Position numbers and translations under genes: made by a program
Source of the DNA: Ignavibacteria bacterium
GTDB taxonomy: Bacteria; Bacteroidota; Ignavibacteria; OLB7
Direction: 5' to 3'
Length of the DNA stretch: 64,000 nt
Assembly: GCA_020635205.1 (NCBI GenBank)
Contig: JACKAE010000001.1
Location: 22,059 to 86,058, forward strand
The notes under the pieces: model-generated
What the model was told of the DNA's origin: nothing
Seen by the model: only the letters and a program-made list of their open reading frames with translations
The model's database searches: none
Shown here: in pieces, positions 10,536-19,468 of the stretch
Position numbering within the stretch: position 1 is the stretch's first letter
Layout: each line of letters begins with the position of its first letter

Positions 10536-13500
10536 ATGATCGAACGCATTATAGATTGGTCTGCACACAACCGACTCCTCGTCGGCTTACTCTTCCTGCT
10601 CCTTGCCGGGGCTGGAGTTTGGGCTGTGGTCACAACGCCGGTTGACGCTATTCCTGATCTCTCCGATAATCAAGTGATCGTTTTTACCGAGTGGATGGGG
10701 CGCTCGCCGCAGATCGTAGAGGATCAGGTGACCTATCCCCTGACAACTGCCTTGCAAGGGTTGCCAGAGGTGAAAGGGGTGCGCGCGCAGACAATGTTCG
10801 GCATGAGCTTCATCTTCGTCATCTTTGAAGATGGGGTCGACCTTTACTTTGCCCGACAACAAGTAGCCGAACGAATTACGACTGCACAAACCGATCTCCC
10901 CTCCGGGGTTATCCCAACAATGGGACCAGACGGAACAGGAGTGGGGCATATCTATTGGTACACTGTTGAAGGGGAAGGGTACGATCTGGCCACGCTCCGA
11001 TCACTACAAGATTGGTTCATTCGCTACAAGCTCTCCTCAGTTGACGGTGTTGCCGAAGTTGCTTCGATAGGTGGCTTCGTAAAGCAATATCAAGTAGATG
11101 TCGATCCTGAGAGGCTCCGCTCGTATGGCCTCACATTCTCCGATGTAGTTCGAGCCATTCGCTCGGCAAACAATGAGGTGGGAGGAAAGCTAATAGAGAA
11201 TAACGACGCCGAGTTCTTCGTGCGGGGGCAAGGATATTTCGAGAGTCGCGAAGATATTGAGGGGACGTTGGTTAACGCAAAGTCGGGAGGATTGCCAATT
11301 ACCATTGGTATGGTTGCCGACGTTCAACTTGGTGGAGATATTCGGCGCGGTTCGTTGGAGAAAGATGGGAAGGGGGAAGTTGTTGGGGGTATCGTCGTGA
11401 TGCGGCAGAACGAGAATGCTCGGGAAGTAATCGAGCGGGTGAAGGAGAAGATCGCTGAGATTGAAATAGGACTTCCGAAAGGGGTACGGATCGTCCCAAG
11501 CTACGACCGTTCTCCCCTGATCGACAAAGCAATTGCTACGCTTCGGAATGCGCTCGTCGAGGAGGCGTTAATCGTTACGTTGATTGTTCTCCTCTTCATC
11601 TTCCACGTCCGAAGTGCTCTCCGCATCTTAATTGAGATTCCAATTTCCGTTCTCCTCGCCTTCTTGCTGATGCGAGCGTTCGATATTACCTCCAACATCA
11701 TGTCGCTCGGTGGCATTGCCTTAGCAATCGGCGTCGTTGTCGACTCATCTATCGTCCTCGTGGAGAACGCTTACCGGAACATTGCCGAGGCGCAGGAGAG
11801 AAAGCGGAGAGAGCGAGAAGAGGGGGCTTCCGATTCCCCCGATGCGGAGTCCTCAGAAGAAATCAGCTTGACAAAAGAGGACTACTTCAACCTCGCGGTT
11901 CTCTCTGCAAAACAAGTTGGGCGAGCAATCTTCTTCAGCGAAGCAATCATGGTCATCTCCTTCCTTCCGGTCTTCCTTCTCGAAGGTCAAGAAGGAAAAC
12001 TGTTCCACCCCTTAGCTTGGACAAAAACGTTTGTGATCGGCTCCTCTGCAATCGTTGCCATCACTCTCGTGCCGATGCTGATGACTCTGTTGATGAAAGG
12101 GAAGTTCAGAACAGAGAGAGAAAACCCGGTGATGCGCTTCTTTCACGCTCTCTACAGACCAATACTGAACTGGGTGCTGAAGTGGCGGAAGACGACTATC
12201 GCGATCAACCTGCTCGCCCTTCTGGTTACGATTCCCCTCCTCACCTCGCGTGGAACAGAATTTATGCCGCCCCTCGACGAAGGCTCACTCCTCTTCATGC
12301 CGGTTCTCCTCCCGAATGCCTCGGTAGGGGAGGTTACCCGTGTGATGGGAGCACAGGATAAAATCATTGCCGACTATCCCGAAGTTGAACATGTTCTCGG
12401 GAAGGTTGGGCGAGCCGAGACTGCCACCGACAACGCTCCGGTGGCAATGATCGAAACGATTATTCTGTTGAAACCGGAGAGCGAGTGGCGTCCGGGAATT
12501 ACGAAGGGGAAAATCATTGCAGATCTCGACGCACAGCTTCAGATACCGGGCGTTCGGAATGGTTGGACACAGCCGATTATCAACCGAATTAACATGCTGG
12601 CCACAGGAGTCCGTACAGATATTGGGCTGAAAATTTTCGGCCCCGATTTGGACACACTCGAACATTACGGAATCATGGCCGAAGAGATTTTGAAGAAGGT
12701 TCCGGGAGCAGCAGACGTTGTCGCCGATCGTGTGCAGGGAGGCGTTTTTCTCGACATCGATCTTAACGAAGAGAGTGCCGCTCGTTACGGCGTTTCCGTA
12801 CAGGATGTGCAGACCCTTATTGAGACGGCAATAGGAGGAGAAAACATTGGGGTGGTTCTCGACGGACGTGCTCGCTATCCCATTCGTGCTCGGTATCAGC
12901 GGGAGTTGCGCGACAATCTGGAGAGCATTAAAAAGATTCTCGTTCCTGTGAGTGGAACTGTTGGTAGCAGTGCGATCACGAGTAGTGGCATGGGAGAAAT
13001 GAGTTCGGGAATGGGGAGTGGGGAAAAGAGGGTGAGCAGTGCGAGGGGAGAAATGACGACAATGGGAAGTTCGAACGCGTTAAGGAGAAAGGAAGTCTCC
13101 TCTACACCCGGAGTCTCACTCTCTGGCCTTACGTCTCGTTATGATCTTTCCGGTTCTACCGGGGGTAATTTACGGGGCTACGTGGAGCTTGGTGAGATTG
13201 CTAAAATCGATCTGCGTCCCGGACCTTCGATGATACCTTCTGAAAATGGAGAGCTGAAATCTACAGTCTTTCTAAACGTCCGGGGTCGCGATATGGGGAG
13301 CTTTGTCGCCGAAGCGAAGGAACGATTGCAGGGCGAGTTGGTCTTGCCTCGTGGCTACACCTACAGTTGGAGTGGACAGTACGAAAATCAAACGCGTGCC
13401 GAAAATCGCCTGTTGTTAGTAATTCCAGTTGTCTTCTTGGTCATCTTCCTCACTCTCTACCTAACGTTGAAAGATTGGAAGGAGGCTTCTGTGGTGATGC

Positions 13501-13976
13501 TTTCAGTCCCATTCGCTCTTATCGGCGGTGTTTGGTTGATTTCTCTCCTCGGCTACAATCTCTCAATAGCCGTCTGGGTTGGGTTCATCGCTCTCTACGG
13601 AGTTGCAGTGCAGACCGGTGTTGTGATGGTGGTCTACCTTCACCACGCACTCGATAAACGGCTTGCCGAACGCGGTGAAGGTTCATCGATTACGCTGCAC
13701 GACATCCACGAGGCAACGGTTGAGGGGGCGCTCGGTCGTCTCCGGCCAAAATTGATGACCGTTGCCACGTCGATGATTGGACTTGTGCCGATTATGTTCG
13801 CCACCGGTGTGGGGAGCGATGTGATGAAGCCGCTCGTTGCTCCGATGATTGGCGGACTCCTCACTTCTGCAGTTCACGTCCTAATCATGACACCTATTCT
13901 CTTCATCATTATGAAAGAACGGGCACTGAAGAGAGGGAGCTTGAGGAAGAGTGAGATGGCGGAGTGGATGGCGTAG
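10536..13976 (+). CDS. cusA: Heavy-metal efflux RND transporter, CusA/CzcA family, 1146 aa. Carries a low-complexity insertion.
   Basis: Canonical HME-RND start 'MIERIIDWSAHNRLLVGLLFLLLAG'. Twelve-TM architecture with conserved CusA-like blocks throughout. About 100 aa longer than typical because of a Ser/Gly/Met-rich segment ('SSGMGEMSSGMGSGEK...GEMTTMGSS'). Confidence 0.85.
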   Translation: MIERIIDWSAHNRLLVGLLFLLLAGAGVWAVVTTPVDAIPDLSDNQVIVFTEWMGRSPQIVEDQVTYPLTTALQGLPEVKGVRAQTMFGMSFIFVIFEDGVDLYFARQQVAERITTAQTDLPSGVIPTMGPDGTGVGHIYWYTVEGEGYDLATLRSLQDWFIRYKLSSVDGVAEVASIGGFVKQYQVDVDPERLRSYGLTFSDVVRAIRSANNEVGGKLIENNDAEFFVRGQGYFESREDIEGTLVNAKSGGLPITIGMVADVQLGGDIRRGSLEKDGKGEVVGGIVVMRQNENAREVIERVKEKIAEIEIGLPKGVRIVPSYDRSPLIDKAIATLRNALVEEALIVTLIVLLFIFHVRSALRILIEIPISVLLAFLLMRAFDITSNIMSLGGIALAIGVVVDSSIVLVENAYRNIAEAQERKRREREEGASDSPDAESSEEISLTKEDYFNLAVLSAKQVGRAIFFSEAIMVISFLPVFLLEGQEGKLFHPLAWTKTFVIGSSAIVAITLVPMLMTLLMKGKFRTERENPVMRFFHALYRPILNWVLKWRKTTIAINLLALLVTIPLLTSRGTEFMPPLDEGSLLFMPVLLPNASVGEVTRVMGAQDKIIADYPEVEHVLGKVGRAETATDNAPVAMIETIILLKPESEWRPGITKGKIIADLDAQLQIPGVRNGWTQPIINRINMLATGVRTDIGLKIFGPDLDTLEHYGIMAEEILKKVPGAADVVADRVQGGVFLDIDLNEESAARYGVSVQDVQTLIETAIGGENIGVVLDGRARYPIRARYQRELRDNLESIKKILVPVSGTVGSSAITSSGMGEMSSGMGSGEKRVSSARGEMTTMGSSNALRRKEVSSTPGVSLSGLTSRYDLSGSTGGNLRGYVELGEIAKIDLRPGPSMIPSENGELKSTVFLNVRGRDMGSFVAEAKERLQGELVLPRGYTYSWSGQYENQTRAENRLLLVIPVVFLVIFLTLYLTLKDWKEASVVMLSVPFALIGGVWLISLLGYNLSIAVWVGFIALYGVAVQTGVVMVVYLHHALDKRLAERGEGSSITLHDIHEATVEGALGRLRPKLMTVATSMIGLVPIMFATGVGSDVMKPLVAPMIGGLLTSAVHVLIMTPILFIIMKERALKRGSLRKSEMAEWMA

Positions 13977-14396
13977 GGGAATTCAAAATTCAAAAGTAAA
14001 AATTCAAAAAAGTAGGTTGCATAGATTTCTTATAGAACCTTCAGGTCGGATGTGATAGGAACTTTCGTTAACCCCCGGACTTTTAGTCCGGGGGGATCGG
14101 TATCCTCGGTTCTGACTCCCCTCTCCCACTCTGGGAATAGGGTAGGGGGAATTCAAAATTCAAAAGTAAAAATTCAAAAAAGTAGGTTGCATAGATTTCT
14201 TATAGAACCTTTAGGTCGGATGTGATAGGCACTTTCGTTAACCCCCGACTTTTGGTCGGGGGGGATCGGTATCCTCGGTTCTGACTCCCCTCTCCCACTC
14301 TGGGAATAGGGTAGGGGGAATTCAAAATTCAAAAGTAAAAATTCAAAAAAGTGGGTTGCACAGATTTCTTAATCAATTAAATCTTGAGAGATACTA
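13976..14396. repeat. Tandem direct repeat, about 2.3 copies of a ~170-180 bp unit. Each unit has an A-rich 'GAATTCAAAATTCAAAAGTAAAAATTCAAAA' block plus a G/C hairpin 'CCCCCGGACTTTTAGTCCGGGGG'.
   Basis: Near-identical units start at ~13976, ~14146 and ~14324 (third copy partial). Only a few substitutions or indels separate the copies. Confidence 0.85.
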
Positions 14397-14774
14397 ATGA
14401 ACAAATCGGTTATGTTGAAAGCACTGCTCGTAACGATGCTCTGCGGTGGATTCGTGTCGAGTTCGCTGGTTGCTGGCACGGAGGTAGCTCAGAAGAAGAG
14501 AGAGCGGACGATTACGATTTCCGTTCCAGAAATGCAGTGCGGAATGTGTGAAGCACGTATCGAGAAAGGATTGAAGAAGATCGACGGCGTCAAGTCAGTG
14601 AAAGCTGATGCTGAGGAGAATACTGTGGTTGTCACATACGACACCAAGAAGACATCGAAGAGCAAAATTGAAGAAGCCATTGCCAACCTCGGCTACGATG
14701 CAGGTGAGAAAGAGGCGAACGAGAGCGCGCAGTCGCAGCTCTCACCCTGTTGCAAGCCGGGGGGGCACGAATAG
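14397..14774 (+). CDS. Secreted heavy-metal-associated (HMA) domain protein, periplasmic copper chaperone-like.
   Basis: Signal peptide 'MLKALLVTMLCGGFVSSSLVAG'. HMA motif 'MQCGMCEARI'. C-terminal 'CC' pair. Confidence 0.7.
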   Translation: MNKSVMLKALLVTMLCGGFVSSSLVAGTEVAQKKRERTITISVPEMQCGMCEARIEKGLKKIDGVKSVKADAEENTVVVTYDTKKTSKSKIEEAIANLGYDAGEKEANESAQSQLSPCCKPGGHE

Positions 14775-14907
14775 AAAAAGTGAATAGAAAAAAGAGATCC
14801 TCTGCGCCTCTGCAGTCATTCTCTCCCTAATCGAGAGGATGAGGACAGATCAAAGGGTGGAGAGAACAATCGTATAACCAACCAATATTCTGTCGTAAGT
14901 AAATAAA

Positions 14908-15108
14908 ATGAAAGAGACAATTAAGATCGAAGGAATGAGCTGTGGCGGATGTGTCGCAAGCGTTACGAACGCCCTAAAACGGGCTGGCGTAGAAAACTTA
15001 GAAGTAGAGATCGGCAGTGCAACTGTTGAATACGAGGAGGGGAGAATGACACACCAACAGATCATCGATGCAATTGAAGATGCTGGTTTTGATGTGGTAG
15101 CAGGATGA
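14908..15108 (+). CDS. copZ: CopZ-like heavy-metal-associated copper chaperone, 66 aa.
   Basis: 'MKETIKIEGMSCGGCVASVTNAL' is the classic GMxCxxC HMA fold. Typical CopZ size. Confidence 0.8.
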   Translation: MKETIKIEGMSCGGCVASVTNALKRAGVENLEVEIGSATVEYEEGRMTHQQIIDAIEDAGFDVVAG

Positions 15109-16220
15109 GGAGCCTCTCTACGACATACCACTCAATCCAGTTGTGCAAGGTGAAGTCAACAACGTTTGGGGTACTATTCCTCTGCGGGGTACTCTTTGGG
15201 TATACACCGGGATTGGGACAGATGAACCTCGACGTAAAGATCGAACGTCCATCTCGGATTTTGCCGAAGGGGGGATACACCACCTACATCATCGTTGCGG
15301 AGAACAGATCGGCGGAGCCAATCGACCTGCAGGTGATTAGAACTGTAAACGACTATCCAGATGACACCTGGCTCATCTCCGTCTGCTCTCCCGACCTCTG
15401 CTACGAAGCGGAAGTCGATACGCTCGATCCCTATGTAATTGAACCGGGGGAGACCGGCGGAGCGCAGGTACATATCTTAGCCGGCGACACCGGGAGTGCT
15501 CGGGTCGTTCTCTCATTCGATTCTCAGAATGGAACCGAGCCAACGTTGATCGAGCTTCGGGCAGAGATCGGTGAAATTCCGGAACCCTCCCTTTTCGTTC
15601 GCATAGATAGCACAACCTCCAATGCGGTTGGGGGGGATACCGTGGAGTTTGGGATATTTCTTCTGAACACATCGGGGGATTCATTGCACCCACGTGTAGT
15701 TCGGCTCGAGAGAGATTACCCGAACGAAACCTGGGGCGACTTCCTCTGCTACTTCGATCAGTGCAGTCTGCCCGATCAAAAAGAACTTGGTGCAGACTTA
15801 AAGAAGGGGGAGGGGGTACTCTTCGCAGTAAAGGTAATTGCTGGTGTGGAGGTTGGGGAGAGTGGAGAAGTTGAAGTGATGGTGGATCCCGGTGATGGAA
15901 CCGAGCCAACATTTCACCGCTTTGCTGTGACGGTAGACCGGGTTCTCTCAGTTCAAGAAGTAGAGGCTGAAAAGGCACTCCGAATATACCCGAACCCAAC
16001 ATTCGGAGAGCTGCAGATTGAGTGTAGGCGAACGCATGATGCCACTCCTCTGCAGATCGATTTCTTCGATTTGATGGGTCGGAATCTTAGCAATCAGGTT
16101 GAGTTCAACTATAAGTCTGATCGAGTTCTCCTCAACCTTACCCAACTTCCCTCCGGCACTTATCACTGTACCGTACGTGGGAGGGGGATAGATGTGAAGA
16201 GAACGATTATTAAGTACTAA
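15105..16220 (+). CDS. T9SS C-terminal-domain cargo protein of unknown function, embedded in the copper operon.
   Basis: Start ATG overlaps the copZ stop (ATGA). Two internal repeats each contain 'DYP(D/N)(D/E)TW...C..C'. C-terminal T9SS sorting domain 'LRIYPNPTFGELQIE...FFDLMGRNL...LPSGTYHCTVRG'. Confidence 0.6.
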   Translation: MRSLSTTYHSIQLCKVKSTTFGVLFLCGVLFGYTPGLGQMNLDVKIERPSRILPKGGYTTYIIVAENRSAEPIDLQVIRTVNDYPDDTWLISVCSPDLCYEAEVDTLDPYVIEPGETGGAQVHILAGDTGSARVVLSFDSQNGTEPTLIELRAEIGEIPEPSLFVRIDSTTSNAVGGDTVEFGIFLLNTSGDSLHPRVVRLERDYPNETWGDFLCYFDQCSLPDQKELGADLKKGEGVLFAVKVIAGVEVGESGEVEVMVDPGDGTEPTFHRFAVTVDRVLSVQEVEAEKALRIYPNPTFGELQIECRRTHDATPLQIDFFDLMGRNLSNQVEFNYKSDRVLLNLTQLPSGTYHCTVRGRGIDVKRTIIKY

Positions 16221-16276
16221 AACATTCAGATAAAATCTATCTATACAACCATTCAACAATAACTGTAGGAGCTACT

Positions 16277-16726
16277 ATGAAACGAACACTCGCAATTCTC
16301 ACGATTGGTGCATCCTTGACCTTTACGGCATGTGGAGATGAAGCTGCAAAAGAGAAAGGGGATGAGATGACAGAGACAACTGAGCAGACGACAACTGAAA
16401 ATGAGACGGCAGTTGCCACGCAGCCCGAGGTTATAGACGGAGTGCAGGTGATTACCGTAAAAGTCGAAGATATGGGTTACACGCCGAGCAAAATTGCTTT
16501 CAAAGCGGGAATGCCTGCAAAAATCATCTTCGATCAACATGCCGAATATGAGTGCGCGAGCGATGTGATGTCCAAAGATCTCGGCATTGCTCTGACAAAA
16601 CTTCCCAAAGCAGAGAAGACGGAGGTTACTTTCACACCCGATAAAGCAGGAACCTATCAGTTTACTTGCGGTATGGATATGTTGAAGGGGACGGTGATTG
16701 TAGAAGAGGGAACAAGCCAGATGTAG
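16277..16726 (+). CDS. Cupredoxin-like copper-binding lipoprotein.
   Basis: Lipoprotein signal 'LTIGASLTFTACGDE'. Cupredoxin-type ligands 'DQHAEYECAS' and 'FTCGMDMLKGTV'. Lies within the copper island. Confidence 0.6.
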   Translation: MKRTLAILTIGASLTFTACGDEAAKEKGDEMTETTEQTTTENETAVATQPEVIDGVQVITVKVEDMGYTPSKIAFKAGMPAKIIFDQHAEYECASDVMSKDLGIALTKLPKAEKTEVTFTPDKAGTYQFTCGMDMLKGTVIVEEGTSQM

Positions 16727-16989
16727 AGAGCTTGGATTGGAAGCATTTAGGGAAGCTCTCTTCTATGAGCAGACCTTCTGAATGCAGAGGATAAAGTAAG
16801 ATTTTCTTTGTGGGATGTTTCACTGGAGACAATTGATTGTTACCTGCAACTGTTTCAAGGTGAGAGATTCCGAACAGAATGGAATGTGTACCGGCTCTCC
16901 GATGTCTGAGTGCCGGTACATATTCCTGCTTTAGCGCGTGAACGAAGAGGCGGGTAATTTGAGCACTTCTCTTGTGATGAATTCCCGAC

Positions 16990-17110
16990 TTTGAGTCGGG
17001 GGGGGATTGAGTGAAAACAGGCAGAGAAACGGCTTGAAGCCGTTTTCTTCTATGTGGATGCTCCAAAACACCCCGATGAATCGGGGTGTTAATGTGAGGT
17101 GGAGATTCCC
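16990..17110. repeat. MITE-like dispersed repeat, copy B.
   Basis: 'CCCGACTTTGAGTCGGGGGG...AAACGGCTTGAAGCCGTTT...CACCCCGATGAATCGGGGTGTTAATG'. Nearly identical to copy C about 225 bp downstream. Confidence 0.8.
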
Positions 17111-17212
17111 TCATTAATTGTTCAAGTGCACTGAGTTGGAAGCATGTCAAGAGACGACCTGAAGGTCTTTGCCGAATTTGTCGAGCGCTGTGGGTTCAGT
17201 TTCCAACTGATA

Positions 17213-17340
17213 GTAACCCTCGACTTTGAGTCGGGGGGGGGATTGAGTGAAAACAGGCAGAGAAACGGCTTGAAGCCGTTTTCTTCTATGTGGATGCTCC
17301 AAAACACCCCGATGAATCGGGGTGTTAATGTGAGGTGGAA
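17213..17340. repeat. MITE-like dispersed repeat, copy C.
   Basis: Same sequence as copy B. Overlapping ORFs on both strands translate the shared 'HINTPIHRGVLEHPHRRKRLQAVSLPVFTQSPP' peptide and are artefacts of the repeat. Confidence 0.8.
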
Positions 17341-17530
17341 GAGAATATCTGGTTGGTGTTGAGGAGTAACTAATCCCGCTGTTTTTGGTTTTCCTTTTGG
17401 TTGTGTGCGAAAGCAACCTACCTCGCCCTGTGAGCCGCACCTTGCTCAAGAAAAGTGATCCCTACCCCGAAGAAAGAAGTAATCAGTATTGAGAAAAATA
17501 AATGTACTCGATCATAACTATGGAGTCTGT

Positions 17531-19249
17531 ATGAAGTATTACTGTACAATGTTCACCTTTATCTGTTGTTGCGTGCTGACTGTTTCGGCAACAGCACAGG
17601 AATTTGATTCGTTGACTGTGAAGGCGAGGGATAACGCTGACAATGCAGGCGTTGCGGGAGCAACCGTAAAGCTGTTAGATGATAGTGGAAACCTTGTGGA
17701 CGAAGTAACCACCGACGAGAATGGGAATGCCGGTTTTAGCTTCAGTACCTCAAGTATTGGTAACAACGTGGCTTACACTACTGGTCTCGGTGAGCCATAT
17801 CCCAATCCTTTTACTTCCCACACAACTCTACCTATTTCCCTCCGGTCACCGGCGCGGCTAACTGGTGCAGTTTACGACCTTCTCGGTAGAGAGCTTGCCT
17901 CGGTTGAAGGAGACCTTGGAATCGGCTCTCACTCGTTCGATCTCGATCTCTCCGGTGTTCCTGCCGGCCTCTATCTCTTTCACTTGAGTAGCGGAGGAAA
18001 AGAGATCGGTTCAATTCGGTTGAACCACTCAGGTTCTGGAGCGAACGGTAACGTTAACCTTCACATCCTTCGCGGTGCTGGCACTCCTCCGGCGGCAGAC
18101 AAACCAGCTATTCCCGGTACGTTCAGTCTTGTTATCTCCCACCCGAACTACAAAACGGTTACTGAATCGGATATTACGATTGAAGGAAGGAGTGTGAGGT
18201 TCATCATGATGACGCGGGTTGAGCTTATTCCAGAGTTTGGAACAGATCAGAATCGGGTATTTACGGTGATTGCCGACGCGCGAAGCGGACTTGATGTGCC
18301 GCGCGACTTGGAGTTCAATCCGGTGCACCCAGAACAACTTTGGGTTGTGAACCGTGCCTTCGACGGAACGGTAACCTACTGGAATCCTGGAACTGCCGAG
18401 ATGACTTCGTTGAGAGTTCGAGACCTTTACGCTAACCACTTCATGGAAGAAGTGAGTGCAATTGCCTTCAGCGAGACGGAGCTTTTTGCGACTTCCCAAG
18501 AGTCTGTGAACACATACGATGGACAGCTTCCGGGGGGGAACAACTTTATGGGACCAGCACTCTGGACGGCAGATACAGCGATCTATAGTAAAGATGGGCT
18601 TGAGGACTGGGGAGAACTTGGCTCTCACCTCGACATGCTCCACGCAAGTCCGAACGGTATGGGCATTGCGCACGATCACGATAACGCCTACTGGTATGCT
18701 GATGGCTTCGGCGGTAACATCGTCTACTACGATTTTCAACAAGATCACGGTCCTGGTCACGACAACCATCGTGACGGTATCATTCGTCGTTACGTCGACG
18801 CACGTATCCAACGCCTTCCGAATGTGCCAAGCCACATGATTCTCGATAAGGAGAGTGGATGGCTCTACATCTGCGATCCAGGAAATCGGCGGGTTACTCG
18901 ATTGAATACCAAAACTGGCTCATACTCAGGTAGTGGTGAGACATTCTTTCCAGATTATGAGGAGGTGTTCGAATTCTCAACCTACACTGGAGCCACCTAC
19001 GAAGTCTTTGCGAACAGCAACCTTAGCCATCCATCTGGGATTGCACTCCACAACGGACGAATCTTCGTGACGGACAACGAGACTGGCGAGATCATCGCCT
19101 ACAACTTGACCGGTAAGGAGCTGAACCGCATCTCCACAAATGCTCAGAGCATTATGGGAATCGAGATCGGTCCAGATGGAAAAATCTGGTACGTCGATGC
19201 CGAGGCGAATCAAGTGGTGCGGATTGATGTGAAGGATGTAGGTGACTAA
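17531..19249 (+). CDS. Secreted protein with an N-terminal CarbopepD_reg-like domain, an internal T9SS-CTD-like module and a C-terminal NHL/beta-propeller-like region.
   Basis: Signal peptide 'MFTFICCCVLTVSATAQ'. 'VKARDNADNAGVAGATVKLLDDSGNLVDEVTTDENGNAGF'. The CTD-like block 'YPNPF...AVYDLLGRELASV...GLYLFHLSSGGKEIGSIRL' lies at aa ~100-180, not at the C-terminus. NHL-like 'GRIFVTDNETGEIIAYNL' and 'DGKIWYVDAEANQVVRID'. Confidence 0.6.
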   Translation: MKYYCTMFTFICCCVLTVSATAQEFDSLTVKARDNADNAGVAGATVKLLDDSGNLVDEVTTDENGNAGFSFSTSSIGNNVAYTTGLGEPYPNPFTSHTTLPISLRSPARLTGAVYDLLGRELASVEGDLGIGSHSFDLDLSGVPAGLYLFHLSSGGKEIGSIRLNHSGSGANGNVNLHILRGAGTPPAADKPAIPGTFSLVISHPNYKTVTESDITIEGRSVRFIMMTRVELIPEFGTDQNRVFTVIADARSGLDVPRDLEFNPVHPEQLWVVNRAFDGTVTYWNPGTAEMTSLRVRDLYANHFMEEVSAIAFSETELFATSQESVNTYDGQLPGGNNFMGPALWTADTAIYSKDGLEDWGELGSHLDMLHASPNGMGIAHDHDNAYWYADGFGGNIVYYDFQQDHGPGHDNHRDGIIRRYVDARIQRLPNVPSHMILDKESGWLYICDPGNRRVTRLNTKTGSYSGSGETFFPDYEEVFEFSTYTGATYEVFANSNLSHPSGIALHNGRIFVTDNETGEIIAYNLTGKELNRISTNAQSIMGIEIGPDGKIWYVDAEANQVVRIDVKDVGD

Positions 19250-19301
19250 GCAAAGGTGCGTGCCTACCTTCGCAGGCAACAACACCTGAAAAACATAAAG
19301 A

Positions 19302-19343
19302 GATGTGCTCCTCAAATACCTTCGAGGAGCACATCTTTTTGTT
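19302..19343. terminator. Bidirectional rho-independent terminator between convergent genes.
   Basis: Perfect 13-bp stem 'AGATGTGCTCCTC...GAGGAGCACATCT' followed by a T-run (and an A-run on the other strand). Confidence 0.75.
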
Positions 19344-19468
19344 TCCCGACTCTTTGACTCTCGACTCTCATCTCCCTCCACCAATCCCGGGACGCTCCCT
19401 AAAGAGCCGCTGCTACCAATTGTGGCCTATTGCGATCTCCACTCCTACACTCCCACACTCATCTCCTT

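Noticed and set aside
13976-14396. Possible CRISPR array, because of the regularly spaced direct repeats.
   Set aside because: The repeat units are contiguous ~170-bp copies with no unique spacers, and there are no cas genes nearby. The same applies to the CCCCAAT array. These are tandem repeats, not CRISPR.
15373-16002. 209-aa minus-strand ORF, and 18029..18835(-), overlapping the T9SS and propeller genes.
   Set aside because: Antisense shadow ORFs with Arg/Pro-rich, low-complexity translations typical of GC-rich antisense frames.
16662-17449. ORFs 16662..17150(-), 17147..17449(-), 17144..17362(+) and 2688..2915(+/-), some sharing the peptide 'HINTPIHRGVLEHPHRRKRLQAVSLPVFTQSPP'.
   Set aside because: They span the MITE-like hairpin repeats. 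Identical peptides arise from identical repeat DNA, not from genes.
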